64,000 bases of DNA from Archangium sp. GTDB lineage: Bacteria > Myxococcota > Myxococcia > Myxococcales > Myxococcaceae. Location: assembly GCA_031367385.1 (NCBI GenBank), contig JANLPS010000514.1, positions 21,366-85,365 on the forward strand. Reading direction: 5' to 3'. The notes beneath the pieces are model-generated. The model did no database searches. It was not told the DNA's origin and was given only the letters and a program-made list of their open reading frames with translations. Below, piece after piece: positions 38,907-49,439 of the stretch. Position 1 is the stretch's first letter. The number at the start of each line of letters is the position of its first letter. Position numbers and translations under genes: made by a program.

Positions 38907-40618
38907 CAAAACAAGAAGTACCGCTGCGCCATCGGCAGCACCGTCGCCGGAGCACAGGTCAAATGCGCGCCGTCGGCCCGCACCTCATACGTCTCTGGGT
39001 CGACCTCGAGCACCGGCATGGCGTCGTTGAGCTTCATGTCTTTCTTGCCGATGTCTCGGCAGTGCGACACCGCGACCACCTTGCGAATCAGCCCATAGCG
39101 CTGCCCGAGGTCGAGCTTAGCTGCGGCTCTCGAAACGAACGCCAGGCTCGTCTTGCCGCTCGCCTGCCCGAAGGCGCCGAACATCGGCCGCATCATCACC
39201 GGCTCGGGAGTGGGGATCGGCGCGTTGGCGTCGCCCATCTGCGCCCACGCGATGAAGCCACCTTTGATCACCAGCTCCGGTTTCACGCCGAAAAAACCAG
39301 GCCTCCACAGCACCAGGTCAGCCAGCTTGCCGACCTCGACCGAGCCCACGTGCGCCGAGACCCCGTGGGCGATCGCCGGGTTGATGGTGTACTTCGCCAC
39401 GTACCGTCGAATGCGAAGGTTGTCGTCGCGCAGGTCACCCGGCAAGAACCCGCGTTGTGACTTCATCTTGTGCGCCGTCTGCCAGGTGCGAATCACCACC
39501 TCGCCGACCCGCCCCATTGCCTGGCTGTCGCTCGACATCATGCTTATCGCGCCGAGGTCGTGGAGAATGTCCTCCGCGGCGATCGTCTCTGGCCGAATGC
39601 GACTCTCGGCGAACGCCACGTCTTCGGGCAGCGACGGGTCGAGGTGGTGACACACCATCAACATGTCGAGGTGCTCATCGAGCGTGTTCACGGTGAACGG
39701 CCGGGTGGGGTTGGTCGAGCTGGGCAGCACGTTGGGCAACCCGCACACCTTGATGAGGTCAGGCGCGTGGCCGCCACCCGCACCCTCGGAGTGGTAGGTG
39801 TGAATCGTTCTGCCTTTGAACGCGGCGATCGAATCGTCGACGAACCCCGACTCATTGAGCGTGTCGGTGTGAATCGTCACCTGCACGTCGTGCTCGTCGG
39901 CCACGCTCAAACAACAATCGATGCTCGCCGGCGTCGTGCCCCAGTCTTCGTGGAGCTTGAGGCCCAGGGCTCCGGCCTCGAGCTGCTCGGCCAGGCCCTC
40001 GGGCCGCGACGTGTTGCCCTTGCCAGTGAAGCCGAAGTTCATCGGCCACCCGTCGGTCGACTGCAACATCAGCTTCAGCTGATCAGGTGACGGCGTGCAG
40101 GTCGTCGCCTTGGTGCCGGTGGCGGGCCCGGTGCCTCCGCCGATGAAGGTGGTGACCCCGCTCGCCAGCGCGACGGGTATCTGCTGCGGAGCGATGAAGT
40201 GAATGTGGCTGTCGATGGCCCCGGCGGTGACGATGTGGCCCTCGCCGGCGATCACCTCGGTGGTGACGCCGACGATCATGCCCGGGGTGACACCCGCCAT
40301 CATGTCGGGGTTGCCCGCTTTGCCCAAACCGACGATTCGCCCGTGCTTGATGCCGATGTCGCACTTGAAGATGCCCGACCAGTCGATCACCACCGCGTTG
40401 GTGATCACCACATCGAGCGCATCAGCCGCCGCGACGCCGCTCGCCTGACCCATGCCATCGCGCAGCACCTTCCCGCCGCCGAACTTGCACTCATCTCCAT
40501 ACACGGTCGCGTCGCGCTCGATGCGAGCCACCAACCCGGTGTCGGCCAGCCGAACCGTGTCTCCCGTGGTTGGCCCGAACATGTCGGCGTAGTGGGCGCG
40601 GCGCATGCGGTGGCTCAT
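38906..40618 (-). CDS. ureC: Urease alpha subunit
   Basis: [44 protein letters not shown]. Confidence 0.99.
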   Translation of the reverse strand: MSHRMRRAHYADMFGPTTGDTVRLADTGLVARIERDATVYGDECKFGGGKVLRDGMGQASGVAAADALDVVITNAVVIDWSGIFKCDIGIKHGRIVGLGKAGNPDMMAGVTPGMIVGVTTEVIAGEGHIVTAGAIDSHIHFIAPQQIPVALASGVTTFIGGGTGPATGTKATTCTPSPDQLKLMLQSTDGWPMNFGFTGKGNTSRPEGLAEQLEAGALGLKLHEDWGTTPASIDCCLSVADEHDVQVTIHTDTLNESGFVDDSIAAFKGRTIHTYHSEGAGGGHAPDLIKVCGLPNVLPSSTNPTRPFTVNTLDEHLDMLMVCHHLDPSLPEDVAFAESRIRPETIAAEDILHDLGAISMMSSDSQAMGRVGEVVIRTWQTAHKMKSQRGFLPGDLRDDNLRIRRYVAKYTINPAIAHGVSAHVGSVEVGKLADLVLWRPGFFGVKPELVIKGGFIAWAQMGDANAPIPTPEPVMMRPMFGAFGQASGKTSLAFVSRAAAKLDLGQRYGLIRKVVAVSHCRDIGKKDMKLNDAMPVLEVDPETYEVRADGAHLTCAPATVLPMAQRYFLF

Positions 40619-41379
40619 CGAGCGTTCTCCGATGGCACGTGCGCGAAGCCCATCGCTTCGGCCCGAGCACCGACGTCACCCGCATCGCGCACGGGCCCAT
40701 CAATCAGCGCGTTGCCACCGCGCACCACCCGCAGCCCAGCGATCTCGACCAACGAGACCGTCTTGGTATCACCCGGCTCGAACCGCACCGCCATGCCGGC
40801 CGGTATGTTCAGACGCATGCCCGCAGCGGCCTGGCGGTCGAACGCAAGCGCGCGGTTGGTTTCGCTGAAATGGTAGTGGCTGCCGACTTGAATGGGTCGG
40901 TCGCCGCGATTCGTCACCGCCAGGCTCAGCATGCGACGCCCGGCGTTGAGCTCGAGCTCCCCGGGCTCACTCGTCACCGCTCCCGGAGTCAGCTCGGACC
41001 ATGCCTCGCTGAACCTCGAGAGCGCCGGCACCGGCAAGAAGCTGCCATACAGCGCCAGTGCCAAGTCGCCGTGCTCAGAGACGATCGGCCCGTGCACGGT
41101 GACCAGCTTCGACCCATCGGGGAACGTGCCCTCGACCTGCACCTCACCAACGAGCTCGGCGACACCGTCCATCACCTGGCGGCGACCCAGCATCTGCTTG
41201 CCGAGCGACATCACCTCGGCCACTGACCGGCCGTCGCGAATCAGCTCGAGCAGCTGGGTCGCGATCAGCGCGACCGATTCAGGGTGATTGAGCCGCAGCC
41301 CACGCGCCAACCGCTTCTGGGCCAGCACCCCCGCCGCGTGCAGCACCAACTTGTCTTGCTCTGCGGGGGAAAGACGCAC
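40615..41379 (-). CDS. ureAB: Fused urease gamma-beta subunit
   Basis: Gamma region (LARGLRLN...[15 protein letters not shown]) and beta region ([13 protein letters not shown]...VRFEPG) in one ORF. Confidence 0.96.
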   Translation of the reverse strand: MRLSPAEQDKLVLHAAGVLAQKRLARGLRLNHPESVALIATQLLELIRDGRSVAEVMSLGKQMLGRRQVMDGVAELVGEVQVEGTFPDGSKLVTVHGPIVSEHGDLALALYGSFLPVPALSRFSEAWSELTPGAVTSEPGELELNAGRRMLSLAVTNRGDRPIQVGSHYHFSETNRALAFDRQAAAGMRLNIPAGMAVRFEPGDTKTVSLVEIAGLRVVRGGNALIDGPVRDAGDVGARAEAMGFAHVPSENAR

Positions 41380-41400
41380 CGCGTCGAACTAGCACCCGCT

Positions 41401-41460
41401 CGCTTAAAAGTCGTAAATTTAAGTACTCAGACCATAATACGAGTCATAAAAATCTCGAAT
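41401..41460 (-). promoter_or_regulatory. AT-rich control region upstream of ureAB
   Basis: About 32% GC; direct repeat AGTCGTAAA (41409) / AGTCATAAA (41442). Confidence 0.45.
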
Positions 41461-42276
41461 TTACCACTTGCGTGCGAGCGGGTCGTCGCCAAGCTGCAAC
41501 GCCATTGGCCCCTGGAGCAGGGCTCGAAGCGCCGAGGTGAGTGACTCGATCGACGGAGCCGTCGCCCTCATCACCAACCCCCCGGGCCTGGGGCTCGCGG
41601 TGAGCAGCACCGGGTCTCTGGCCAATCGCTCCGCGATGCGGGCCTGCGTCGACTCGACCAGGTCACCGAATGCGGGGCCCACCACAGTCACCGTGGCGAC
41701 CGCTTCAACGCCAGTCATTCGCTCACTCAGCGCGCCGTGCTCAGCCGACAACAACGTCGACTCGCGCAGCCACGGCTGACCGGCGACGTCGATCGACAGG
41801 CGATTCGCGAAGCGGTTGAAGGCCCAGCGTTCACCTTGCGAAACGCGCCCTGCCGTCAGCACATCGACCCACATCACCGACGCCTTCGCCGACAGCGAGA
41901 CCCGCTGTGTCTGTCGCAACGACGCCCCGGCGAAACACGTCACCGCATCGGGCCACACCACGAGCGTGCCTGAGCCCTCGACCGACGCGGTGACATCGAA
42001 GGTCGAATTCGACGCGCGGTACGCCTTGCTCGAAGCCTGCGACGACAAAAAGCAGGTCGCGCCATCTCCGACCGCCAGGTCGAGCGCCACCGAATCTGCA
42101 CCAACGAACCCTCCGCCGAGGCTCGACACGTACAACCACGCCGCGTGCCCATGGTTCGAAGGCGTCAACACTCTCAGCGGGCTGTGCGACTTGAGCCCCG
42201 TCACCTCAGAGCGATGACCGACGCGCTCGACGCGAGCGGCAGACACCCTGTTCTCGAGCTGCGGAGCGCTCAGCAT
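41461..42276 (-). CDS. ureD: Urease accessory protein D
   Basis: SLGGGFVGAD, SSQASSKAY, PDAVTCF, AGRVSQGERW; flanks the urease genes. Confidence 0.92.
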   Translation of the reverse strand: MLSAPQLENRVSAARVERVGHRSEVTGLKSHSPLRVLTPSNHGHAAWLYVSSLGGGFVGADSVALDLAVGDGATCFLSSQASSKAYRASNSTFDVTASVEGSGTLVVWPDAVTCFAGASLRQTQRVSLSAKASVMWVDVLTAGRVSQGERWAFNRFANRLSIDVAGQPWLRESTLLSAEHGALSERMTGVEAVATVTVVGPAFGDLVESTQARIAERLARDPVLLTASPRPGGLVMRATAPSIESLTSALRALLQGPMALQLGDDPLARKW

Positions 42277-42336
42277 CAAGGGTTGAGTTACCGCACACTC
42301 CGACGAGTTGACCGCGAAATCTGCGCTCAGCGAGCA

Positions 42337-42936
42337 CTACCAGCCGAAGGTCGACGCGAGGCCGAACTGGGGCACGAGGGGTGTGAAGGTCTTGAAGTCG
42401 ATGGTCTTCACCAACCCAAGCTCCGGTATCACCCACAGCTCGCGCCACAATCGAAACGCCACCGCGATGGTGCCCCCAGCCGAAAGCCACACCCCTTGAT
42501 CGGGCACCGCGTACTTCGGGTCTGGCCCCGCGATGAGTTGAGGCCCCAGCACGAATCGAAATCGGTCGTCGACTCCGGCACTCACCAAGACCGCCGCGCG
42601 AAGCACACCGTTGCCAGCGCCGGAGCAACCGATGCAACTGGCGGTCGAGATGGCTCCAACGCTCAAGAACGCCATGATGCCCGTTCGCGCACGCTCATTT
42701 CGCAGCACCTGAAGCCGAACATCGAGGTGTGCCCCGATCGAGCCTCCGCGAAGACCCACTTCGAGCCAATCGGTCACGCCATGGCGAATCGCGCCCTCGA
42801 CAATCGGAGCCCCCGCCTGCGCCGCCACGTGCGCGCTGACCTCGAAGTCACCCCTCTTCGCCGCGACCCCATTGGTCATGAACGTCATGGGCGTCACGCA
42901 CGCGCAGCCGAGCAGCGCGAGCAGTGCGACTCGCAC
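42337..42936 (-). CDS. Hypothetical lipoprotein, beta-strand rich
   Basis: LLGC lipobox; GTG 42936 follows the nuclease stop; aromatic C-terminus (TFGW). Confidence 0.6.
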   Translation of the reverse strand: MRVALLALLGCACVTPMTFMTNGVAAKRGDFEVSAHVAAQAGAPIVEGAIRHGVTDWLEVGLRGGSIGAHLDVRLQVLRNERARTGIMAFLSVGAISTASCIGCSGAGNGVLRAAVLVSAGVDDRFRFVLGPQLIAGPDPKYAVPDQGVWLSAGGTIAVAFRLWRELWVIPELGLVKTIDFKTFTPLVPQFGLASTFGW

Positions 42937-42937
42937 G

Positions 42938-45820
42938 TCAGTACGTACCCCCCGCACACGTCAGCCCTGCCATGCAGGTGCAGGTCGAGCTGACCGAATC
43001 AATCGGTGCCTCGATCGCATCTTGAATGAGCGGGTCGACGTCGGCATTGAAGTCGTACCCGGTGCGCGCCTCGACCTCGCGAACGCTGACCCGAAACGCC
43101 CGCCAGGGTGCCGAAGGGGTGATCAAGGCATCGTCGTTGATCATCACCACCGCGAATGATCTCGTCGCAGCCGTCACGTCGCTCACGCCCTGCCCCGGAG
43201 CCCCCAACACGGTCACCACCTTCCACGTGTGGGTGGGCACTTGAACGGTCGACCCGATCTTCGTGTACTTGGTCGCGCCCTCATACAACCCACCCGCCGC
43301 GATGAAGATCTCTTTGCCTTCGACCACCGCGAGGCACTGCAGGTACGCCTCGAGCTTCTGCCATGGGCCCGAATTGTTGTTCGCGGCCTGCGGCACCATG
43401 TTGGTCAGATAGAACGTCGACGAGTTGTCGACGATCGACACGTCGCGATCATCTGACGCGCACATGTGCCCTCTCGTCCACCCGCTCGAGGAGTAGTCAG
43501 ACAGCGTGGCCTGTGAAATCGACAACGGCAGGGTGTCGTCTGAACGAAACGTGTCTTGCCGAGCGGCGGTGCCCTTCCACGATGCGTTGAGCTCGAGCGC
43601 GGTGTAGTTCGGGTTCTTGCGCAGCCCATTGTACGAGACCACGTACTGCGGCTTCACCGAGAGATACTTGTCGGGAGTCGAGACATCGACGGTAGCGAAG
43701 TCTGGTTGGCCCAGGGTCAGGTGCACGCTCAGGCTTGCGCCGAGAACCTTGTTGAGCTTGCCCGGGGTCAACCCGCGCGAGCGAAAATCGTTCGAGTTGA
43801 AATCGGTGTCGGCATTGTCGGCGGCGCGCGCCAGCGTTTGCCCGACCGGCGGCGTCTTCGCGACCGAGCCCTCGAACGTCGCCAACCCATTGAACCCGAC
43901 TGCGCTCTCGAGCGCGGCCGAGGCAGGGTCGTGCCCCACGACGTCGACCAGCCCTCCGGTGGCAGAGATCAACTGCACCGACCCCGGGCCATCTGCCAAA
44001 TCGATGTCGCGAACGAGCAGATCGACGCCGGGCGTCACGTTGGCGACCAGACTCGACCCCGCGCTCGTGGCATCGGCGATGATCAGGTAGCCATCGGCTG
44101 GCAAGCGCGTGCCCGCGGGCAGCCTGACCAACCCATCGACTTCACCGACGCCAAAATCACCATCGGCGATCAGGCCTCCATCGCTCGACAGATCAGCAAT
44201 CGTGTAGCCCGAAACATCGGCGCCGCCCGGCCCTGCCAGCTCGACGTACGTGCGGCCGTCGTCTCCTTGCGCGCTCTGAAAAAACACCTCGTTGATCACC
44301 ACTGCTGCGCAGCTGCCATTCGGAGCGCCCAAGGTGTTGGCTCGCCGCTTCTTGAGGCCCGTGCCGCTGCCGAAGCTGACGCACCACGCGCTCGCCGGGT
44401 CATTGCCGGTCGCGGTCAACAGCGTCGGGTCGGCCTGCGAGGTCGCGCCTGTAAAAGCGACGAACGCCGCGCCCGGAGCCACGTTGGGGTCGGTGACGAG
44501 CTGAGAAAAATTCACGGTGTCTTCGAGCTTCGCGCCGCTCACGCCCGAGTAAAGCGAGAGCGCATCTCCAGTGTCGTTGAGTGAAAATGTCGTGCCTGCG
44601 GCGCCGTAAACGAAGGCTGCTCCGGCCTGGGGGGCACCATTCACCGGGTTCTTCACCCCATAGACCTCGCCATTCGCGGGTATCACCACCGGCGTGCCAT
44701 TCGCGCCGTTGAGGTCGGTCACCGCCCGAACCTCGGCTCGCGCATCGGCGAGGTTGCGCAGCAAAAACCCATGCACGTCGATCGCCGCGCCAGTCGTATT
44801 CTTGAGCTCGATGACCTCGGCGCCCAGCACGCTGAGCTCGGAGATGATCACCGCTCCCCGTTGATCAGCGGCTACCTCGCCAGCGCAGCCAGAAGCCCGG
44901 CACACCTGCAGCGGCCCGCACCGTGCGTCGATGCCTGTCTTCGGCGCGCAGCCGTTTGAATCACCCGCGGCGCCGAGGCATTGGTGAACGTTGCAGGCGA
45001 CTCCGTCGTCGCACACCGAATCGGTCACCGTCTCGGAGCACCCGCTGATCGCCGAGCACGCCGCCACCGTGCAGCTGCGCCCGTCGAGCTCACACCGCGC
45101 GTTCACTGGCACATGCTGCACCCCGGTGGTCGGGTTGCACACATCGTCGGTACACGCCACGCCGTCGTTCGCTGGCGTGATCGGCACATGCAACACACCG
45201 AGCACCGCGTCGCAGGAGTCGATGGTGCAGACGTCGTGATCATCGGGGTCGATCATGACGTGACTCGGGCCGCTGACGGCATCGCACGCGTCGATGGTGC
45301 ACGCGTCATGATCATCGAGATCAAGCGCCGGGTGCGAGACGCCACCAGCGGCATCGCACACGTCATTCGTGCACGCGTCGTGATCATCGATCGCGAACCC
45401 GACGTGCGAGACCCCACTGACGCGGTCGCACGAATCAATCGTGCACCCGTTGTGATCATCGACCTCGATCGCAGCGTGCGTCACCCCACGGGTGGCGTCG
45501 CACGAGTCGACGGTGCAGGCGTCACCGTCATCGAGCGCAACCGGGAGGTGCTTCACTCCGGTCTTCGCGTCACACGAGTCGGTCGTGCACACATCATGGT
45601 CATTGACCTTGACCTGTGCGTGGGAGCACAGCCCGTTGGGCAGGCACTGATCAGTGGTACATGCTGAGCCGTCATCACAGGCCTGATCGTCGCGGCACAG
45701 GCCATCGTCGATCGGCTTTTCTGTGCAGGCCAGACAGACCATCGCGAGCGCGACCCACCTCAAAGCGTTGTGAAGCACGTCGGCACGGTAGCCTGTTTCG
45801 CCTTCGCCGTTGTGCGTCAT
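42938..45820 (-). CDS. Lipoprotein DNA/RNA non-specific (His-Me, NucA-like) endonuclease with Cys-rich repeats and two lamin-tail-like domains
   Basis: CLAC lipobox; DDxxxCTxDxC repeats; VIISEL...IELKN and VVINEV...YVEL; RGHM, TFYLTNMVPQ, NNSGPWQKLE. Confidence 0.88.
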   Translation of the reverse strand: MTHNGEGETGYRADVLHNALRWVALAMVCLACTEKPIDDGLCRDDQACDDGSACTTDQCLPNGLCSHAQVKVNDHDVCTTDSCDAKTGVKHLPVALDDGDACTVDSCDATRGVTHAAIEVDDHNGCTIDSCDRVSGVSHVGFAIDDHDACTNDVCDAAGGVSHPALDLDDHDACTIDACDAVSGPSHVMIDPDDHDVCTIDSCDAVLGVLHVPITPANDGVACTDDVCNPTTGVQHVPVNARCELDGRSCTVAACSAISGCSETVTDSVCDDGVACNVHQCLGAAGDSNGCAPKTGIDARCGPLQVCRASGCAGEVAADQRGAVIISELSVLGAEVIELKNTTGAAIDVHGFLLRNLADARAEVRAVTDLNGANGTPVVIPANGEVYGVKNPVNGAPQAGAAFVYGAAGTTFSLNDTGDALSLYSGVSGAKLEDTVNFSQLVTDPNVAPGAAFVAFTGATSQADPTLLTATGNDPASAWCVSFGSGTGLKKRRANTLGAPNGSCAAVVINEVFFQSAQGDDGRTYVELAGPGGADVSGYTIADLSSDGGLIADGDFGVGEVDGLVRLPAGTRLPADGYLIIADATSAGSSLVANVTPGVDLLVRDIDLADGPGSVQLISATGGLVDVVGHDPASAALESAVGFNGLATFEGSVAKTPPVGQTLARAADNADTDFNSNDFRSRGLTPGKLNKVLGASLSVHLTLGQPDFATVDVSTPDKYLSVKPQYVVSYNGLRKNPNYTALELNASWKGTAARQDTFRSDDTLPLSISQATLSDYSSSGWTRGHMCASDDRDVSIVDNSSTFYLTNMVPQAANNNSGPWQKLEAYLQCLAVVEGKEIFIAAGGLYEGATKYTKIGSTVQVPTHTWKVVTVLGAPGQGVSDVTAATRSFAVVMINDDALITPSAPWRAFRVSVREVEARTGYDFNADVDPLIQDAIEAPIDSVSSTCTCMAGLTCAGGTY
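45000..45680 (-). repeat. About 10 tandem ~23-aa Cys/Asp repeats (Dictyostelium CTDC-like) within the nuclease
   Basis: DDGSACTTDQC, NDHDVCTTDSC, DDGDACTVDSC, DDHNGCTIDSC, DDHDACTNDVC and similar units. Confidence 0.85.
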
Positions 45821-47679
45821 TCGGGCCGCGCGAACCGCAGCGGAGCCTCCAGCGCAAGGGCGAGCTCTTCGTCGGTCAGGTCGCCAGCAGAGTGCATCTT
45901 GGTGAGCAGATCAGCGACCCGCCGTTGCCACACTTCAGGCAGCTCGCCCTTGGTGAAGAACCCGTAGTACCGCACCGGGCTGGGAATGATCGTGGCCAGG
46001 TACGCCGCCTCGCGAACCGTGAGCGCCGACGCCGATTTACCGAAGTAGTGCCGTGCCGCTTCGCCGATGCCGTTGAGGCCGGGGCCCCACTCGATGATGT
46101 TCAGGTAAATCTCGAGCAGCCGCTCTTTGGGCACCGCCGCCTCGAGCGCCAAGGTCAGAAACGCCTCGCGAATTTTTCGTGCGTACGTTTTCTCTCGCGA
46201 CAGATACAGGTTCTTCGCCAGCTGCTGCGTCATCGTCGACGCGCCGCGAATCACGGTCTCGCCATTCTCGCTCTGCGCGAAGAGGTCATTCTTCATCTCG
46301 AAGAAGTCGAACCCTTGGTGGGTCATGAACATCGAGTCTTCACTCAGCAGCACCGCGCGAATCAGGCTGCGGGGTATCTCGCTGAGCGGCACGAACGACG
46401 GGTTGCTCGACCCGACTGTGATCTCACGGGGTCGGCCATCGAAGAGCGTGGTGTTGAAGACGAACTGGCGTGTGAGTGCATGTGCTCGCCCACGAGCGGC
46501 CTGACGAAGCGCCGTCAAGTCGAGCTTCACGTTCAACACCCAGTCGCTCGGGCGCCTCAGCGGCCCATTCAAATCGAGCATGACGCTCATCGGGCCAGAG
46601 ACCTCCACGCTGAGCTCTCCGGGGGCCAGCGCCGCAGGCAGAGAAGCCACCGCGCGCTGATAGTCGAGGTCGACACTGCGGGCGTCGATCGAAATCTGCT
46701 CGGTCGAAAGTGAATACGCCGCGGTCGCAGAGAGCTTCATCTCTTCGGCCGCTCCGAAGCTGAGCTCGAGGGGCTCGAGCGCGATGGTCCCTTGCTCGAC
46801 ATCCCACTTCACGGTGCCTCGGCTCGAGACTCGCATCGGGCCGACCGGCTCCGACGCCAGACGCGCGTTGGTGATCACCAGCTCATTTGCAGAGAGCGTC
46901 CACTCCAGCGTGCCGGCGCGATGGTGCTGGTGCGTGGTGAGCCGCAGCGACCCGTTGAGTGCACCTTCGACGGGCAAGAGGCCTTGCAAGGGCACTCCGT
47001 CATCGAATGAGACCTCAGCGGTTCGAATGCCGTCGGCGGTGAGCGCGGCGAGCAGACGGGCTCGGCCTCCTCCAGCGGGGCTCAGCGAACCCTCGAGGTG
47101 CGTCTCGCCGGTGGCCTCATCGCGATGCACGACCAACCGCCCGGAGTCGAGCGCAACCTCGAGCTGTTGACCACGAACCAACGCCTTGATCAGCGCGGTC
47201 TCGAATTGCAGCTCAGGCAGCTGAGCCGAACCACGCGCTGCGCCGGTTTCACTGTGCCGCGCACCGCGAGACGATGCGAGCAGATCGCGCAAGGCCGCAC
47301 CATTCTCGCCAGCGTTGACGGTGATCTCCTCGAAGCGCACCACGCCGGGCTCGACAGACCCACGCACCAACGCCTCCCAACGCGGCCTCACCGAGACGCG
47401 CTTCGCCGAAATCACTGGAGCCGCAGTCGCTTCACTGCCGCGCACCACCATCGGCCCGAAGCTCAGCGTGCTGAGCCAGCTCACCGAGAACGCATCACCC
47501 AGCTCGACGCCCTCGCCGAGCCGAGCGACCAGCTTCGCCCGCACCCGCTGTTGCATCGCCTCGCTGCCGACCCAGCGCTTCACGCCCAGCAGCAGCCCGA
47601 CCAGCAACACCAGGGTCGCGGCCAGCGCGACCAGAAGGCGTTTGCGCTTAATGCCCAGAGGCGACCAGTGTGAACTCAC
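45817..47679 (-). CDS. Monofunctional peptidoglycan transglycosylase (GT51) with long N-terminal beta-rich extension
   Basis: N-terminal TM; SEDSMF..HQGFD, RGASTMTQQLAKNL, RKIRE, EIYLN..EWG; no transpeptidase domain. Confidence 0.9.
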   Translation of the reverse strand: MSSHWSPLGIKRKRLLVALAATLVLLVGLLLGVKRWVGSEAMQQRVRAKLVARLGEGVELGDAFSVSWLSTLSFGPMVVRGSEATAAPVISAKRVSVRPRWEALVRGSVEPGVVRFEEITVNAGENGAALRDLLASSRGARHSETGAARGSAQLPELQFETALIKALVRGQQLEVALDSGRLVVHRDEATGETHLEGSLSPAGGGRARLLAALTADGIRTAEVSFDDGVPLQGLLPVEGALNGSLRLTTHQHHRAGTLEWTLSANELVITNARLASEPVGPMRVSSRGTVKWDVEQGTIALEPLELSFGAAEEMKLSATAAYSLSTEQISIDARSVDLDYQRAVASLPAALAPGELSVEVSGPMSVMLDLNGPLRRPSDWVLNVKLDLTALRQAARGRAHALTRQFVFNTTLFDGRPREITVGSSNPSFVPLSEIPRSLIRAVLLSEDSMFMTHQGFDFFEMKNDLFAQSENGETVIRGASTMTQQLAKNLYLSREKTYARKIREAFLTLALEAAVPKERLLEIYLNIIEWGPGLNGIGEAARHYFGKSASALTVREAAYLATIIPSPVRYYGFFTKGELPEVWQRRVADLLTKMHSAGDLTDEELALALEAPLRFARPE

Positions 47680-48526
47680 TCGCCAGGTTGGGGATCATGT
47701 CGCCGTTCATGTCGCTCCACCGAACGACGTACCAGGAGTCGGTGTGCGTGCTGAGCGACTTGGCGATCACGTTTTGAAAATACCACGCCGCGGCGGTGGT
47801 GCCAGGGCCGTAGAAGCCGTAGCCGATGAACGACATCGGCCCGCCGACCTGCGCGTGAAACAGCTCGATCAGCGCGTAGTCGTGCGAAGGGCCGATGGCG
47901 GTCGCGGCTTCGCTGAAGATCTCAGTGCCAGTATCGCGACGGGTCATGGCGACGACCGGGTCATGGGTCGAATCGAATACCGGGCTGCCAGCAATGCGCT
48001 CGACCCAATCAACGTGCTTCTGGTTGAAGCTGCCACCGCCGACGACCAGTACATCGAGGTGGCCTCCCACCGGAGCGCCATCGGCCGTGAGTGTCTGGCC
48101 GTCTTTGCCGTTCACGCTGCGGAGCGGTAACGCCGTCGGGCAATTCGCGTTGACGCCAGCGGCCAGCGCTGCACCCGCAGCGTCGTCAGTGGCGTTGCCC
48201 GATTGAACCACCGTCAGCTTCGGCAGTGAACAGAGGTTCGAAAACACCAGCGGCAGGCATGCGCCACCCGTCGTCTCGAGATCCAAGCAGCCCGTGCCGC
48301 GGCCCGCATCGAAGGGCACGGTGGTGCCGCCTCCGGTGCCGCCGCCGGTGCCGCCGTCGCCCGTCGTGGTGCCACCGCCGGTGCCTCCACCCGTACCCGT
48401 GGTGCCGCCTCCGCCGCCGCTGCCTCCACCTGTACCGCCCGTGCCACCAGGCCCTGGGCAGCCCACCGCCACCATCAAGATCGCAACCGCCGCCGCCAAG
48501 CTCAGCCCTCGAACGTCTTCACGCAT
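47648..48526 (-). CDS. Hypothetical lipoprotein with Gly/Thr linker
   Basis: AVGC lipobox followed by GGTGG repeats. Confidence 0.7.
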   Translation of the reverse strand: MREDVRGLSLAAAVAILMVAVGCPGPGGTGGTGGGSGGGGGTTGTGGGTGGGTTTGDGGTGGGTGGGTTVPFDAGRGTGCLDLETTGGACLPLVFSNLCSLPKLTVVQSGNATDDAAGAALAAGVNANCPTALPLRSVNGKDGQTLTADGAPVGGHLDVLVVGGGSFNQKHVDWVERIAGSPVFDSTHDPVVAMTRRDTGTEIFSEAATAIGPSHDYALIELFHAQVGGPMSFIGYGFYGPGTTAAAWYFQNVIAKSLSTHTDSWYVVRWSDMNGDMIPNLASEFTLVASGH

Positions 48527-48609
48527 CGGTGCACCCCAGATTTTGTGTCAACGAGCTCAATTTCGTCTCACCTTCAAAAAAGTCACAGGCCCTTTCAGGC
48601 ACGCCACAC

Positions 48610-49302
48610 TCACACCGCCGCCCCGACCAAAGCCCCCAACCCCGCCGTCGCGGCCATTGCCATGGCGCCCCAGAACGTGACCCGCAGAGCCCCCGCCCCC
48701 ACCCGCGCGCCACCCGTCTTCGCCGCCGCGCCACCCAGCACGGCGAGAGAGATCAACGAGGCCACTGCCACAGCCCAGATCAGCACACCGTCTGGTGAAA
48801 TCGCCGCGACCGCCAACGGCAAAGCCGCTCCCACTGCAAAACTTGCTGCTGAGGCCAGTACTGCTTGCAAAGGCCTGGCCGCATTCGTGTCAGTGATGCC
48901 GAGCTCGTCACGCGCATGGGCCCCAGCGGCGTCGCGCGCCATCAGCTGAACTGCGACTTGCTTGGCCAGGGCTGGCTCGAGACCACGACCCACGTAAATG
49001 GCGGCGAGCTCGCGGTGCTCACCCACGGGGTCGGCCTCGAGCTCAGCACGCTCACGTGACAAGTCGGCCGCCTCGATGTCGGCCTGAGAGCGCACCGACA
49101 CGTATTCACCAGCCGCCATCGACATTGCGCCCGCGACCAGCCCTGCTCCGCCAGCGAGTACGATCGACCGATGGTCAGAGTGGGCGGCGGCGACCCCCAG
49201 CACCAGACTCGCGGTCGACACGATGCCGTCGTTCGCCCCCAACACCGCGGCCCGAAGCCACCCCATTCGCTGCGTTCGATGTCGTTCGCGATGTCTGGGC
49301 AT
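48610..49302 (-). CDS. VIT1/CCC1 family Fe/Mn transporter
   Basis: GWLRAAVLGANDGIVS, AGAMSMAAGEYVSV, HARDELGI. Confidence 0.95.
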   Translation of the reverse strand: MPRHRERHRTQRMGWLRAAVLGANDGIVSTASLVLGVAAAHSDHRSIVLAGGAGLVAGAMSMAAGEYVSVRSQADIEAADLSRERAELEADPVGEHRELAAIYVGRGLEPALAKQVAVQLMARDAAGAHARDELGITDTNAARPLQAVLASAASFAVGAALPLAVAAISPDGVLIWAVAVASLISLAVLGGAAAKTGGARVGAGALRVTFWGAMAMAATAGLGALVGAAV

Positions 49303-49439
49303 GTGCGCGCTGGGCGTAAGCCTACCTTCACGAGAGGTCAACACCCGCACCGAAAGCCACTTTTTCACGCGGCAGCAATGAAGGTTTCAAGACCGGTCGA
49401 CCAACTCATTCATTCCCCCCGGCCGAAGGAGCCCACACC

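Noticed and set aside
40600..40630. Single-chain urease through readthrough or assembly error
   Set aside because: ureAB and ureC are in different frames with an ordinary ATGA overlap and an upstream GGAG RBS, consistent with two real genes.
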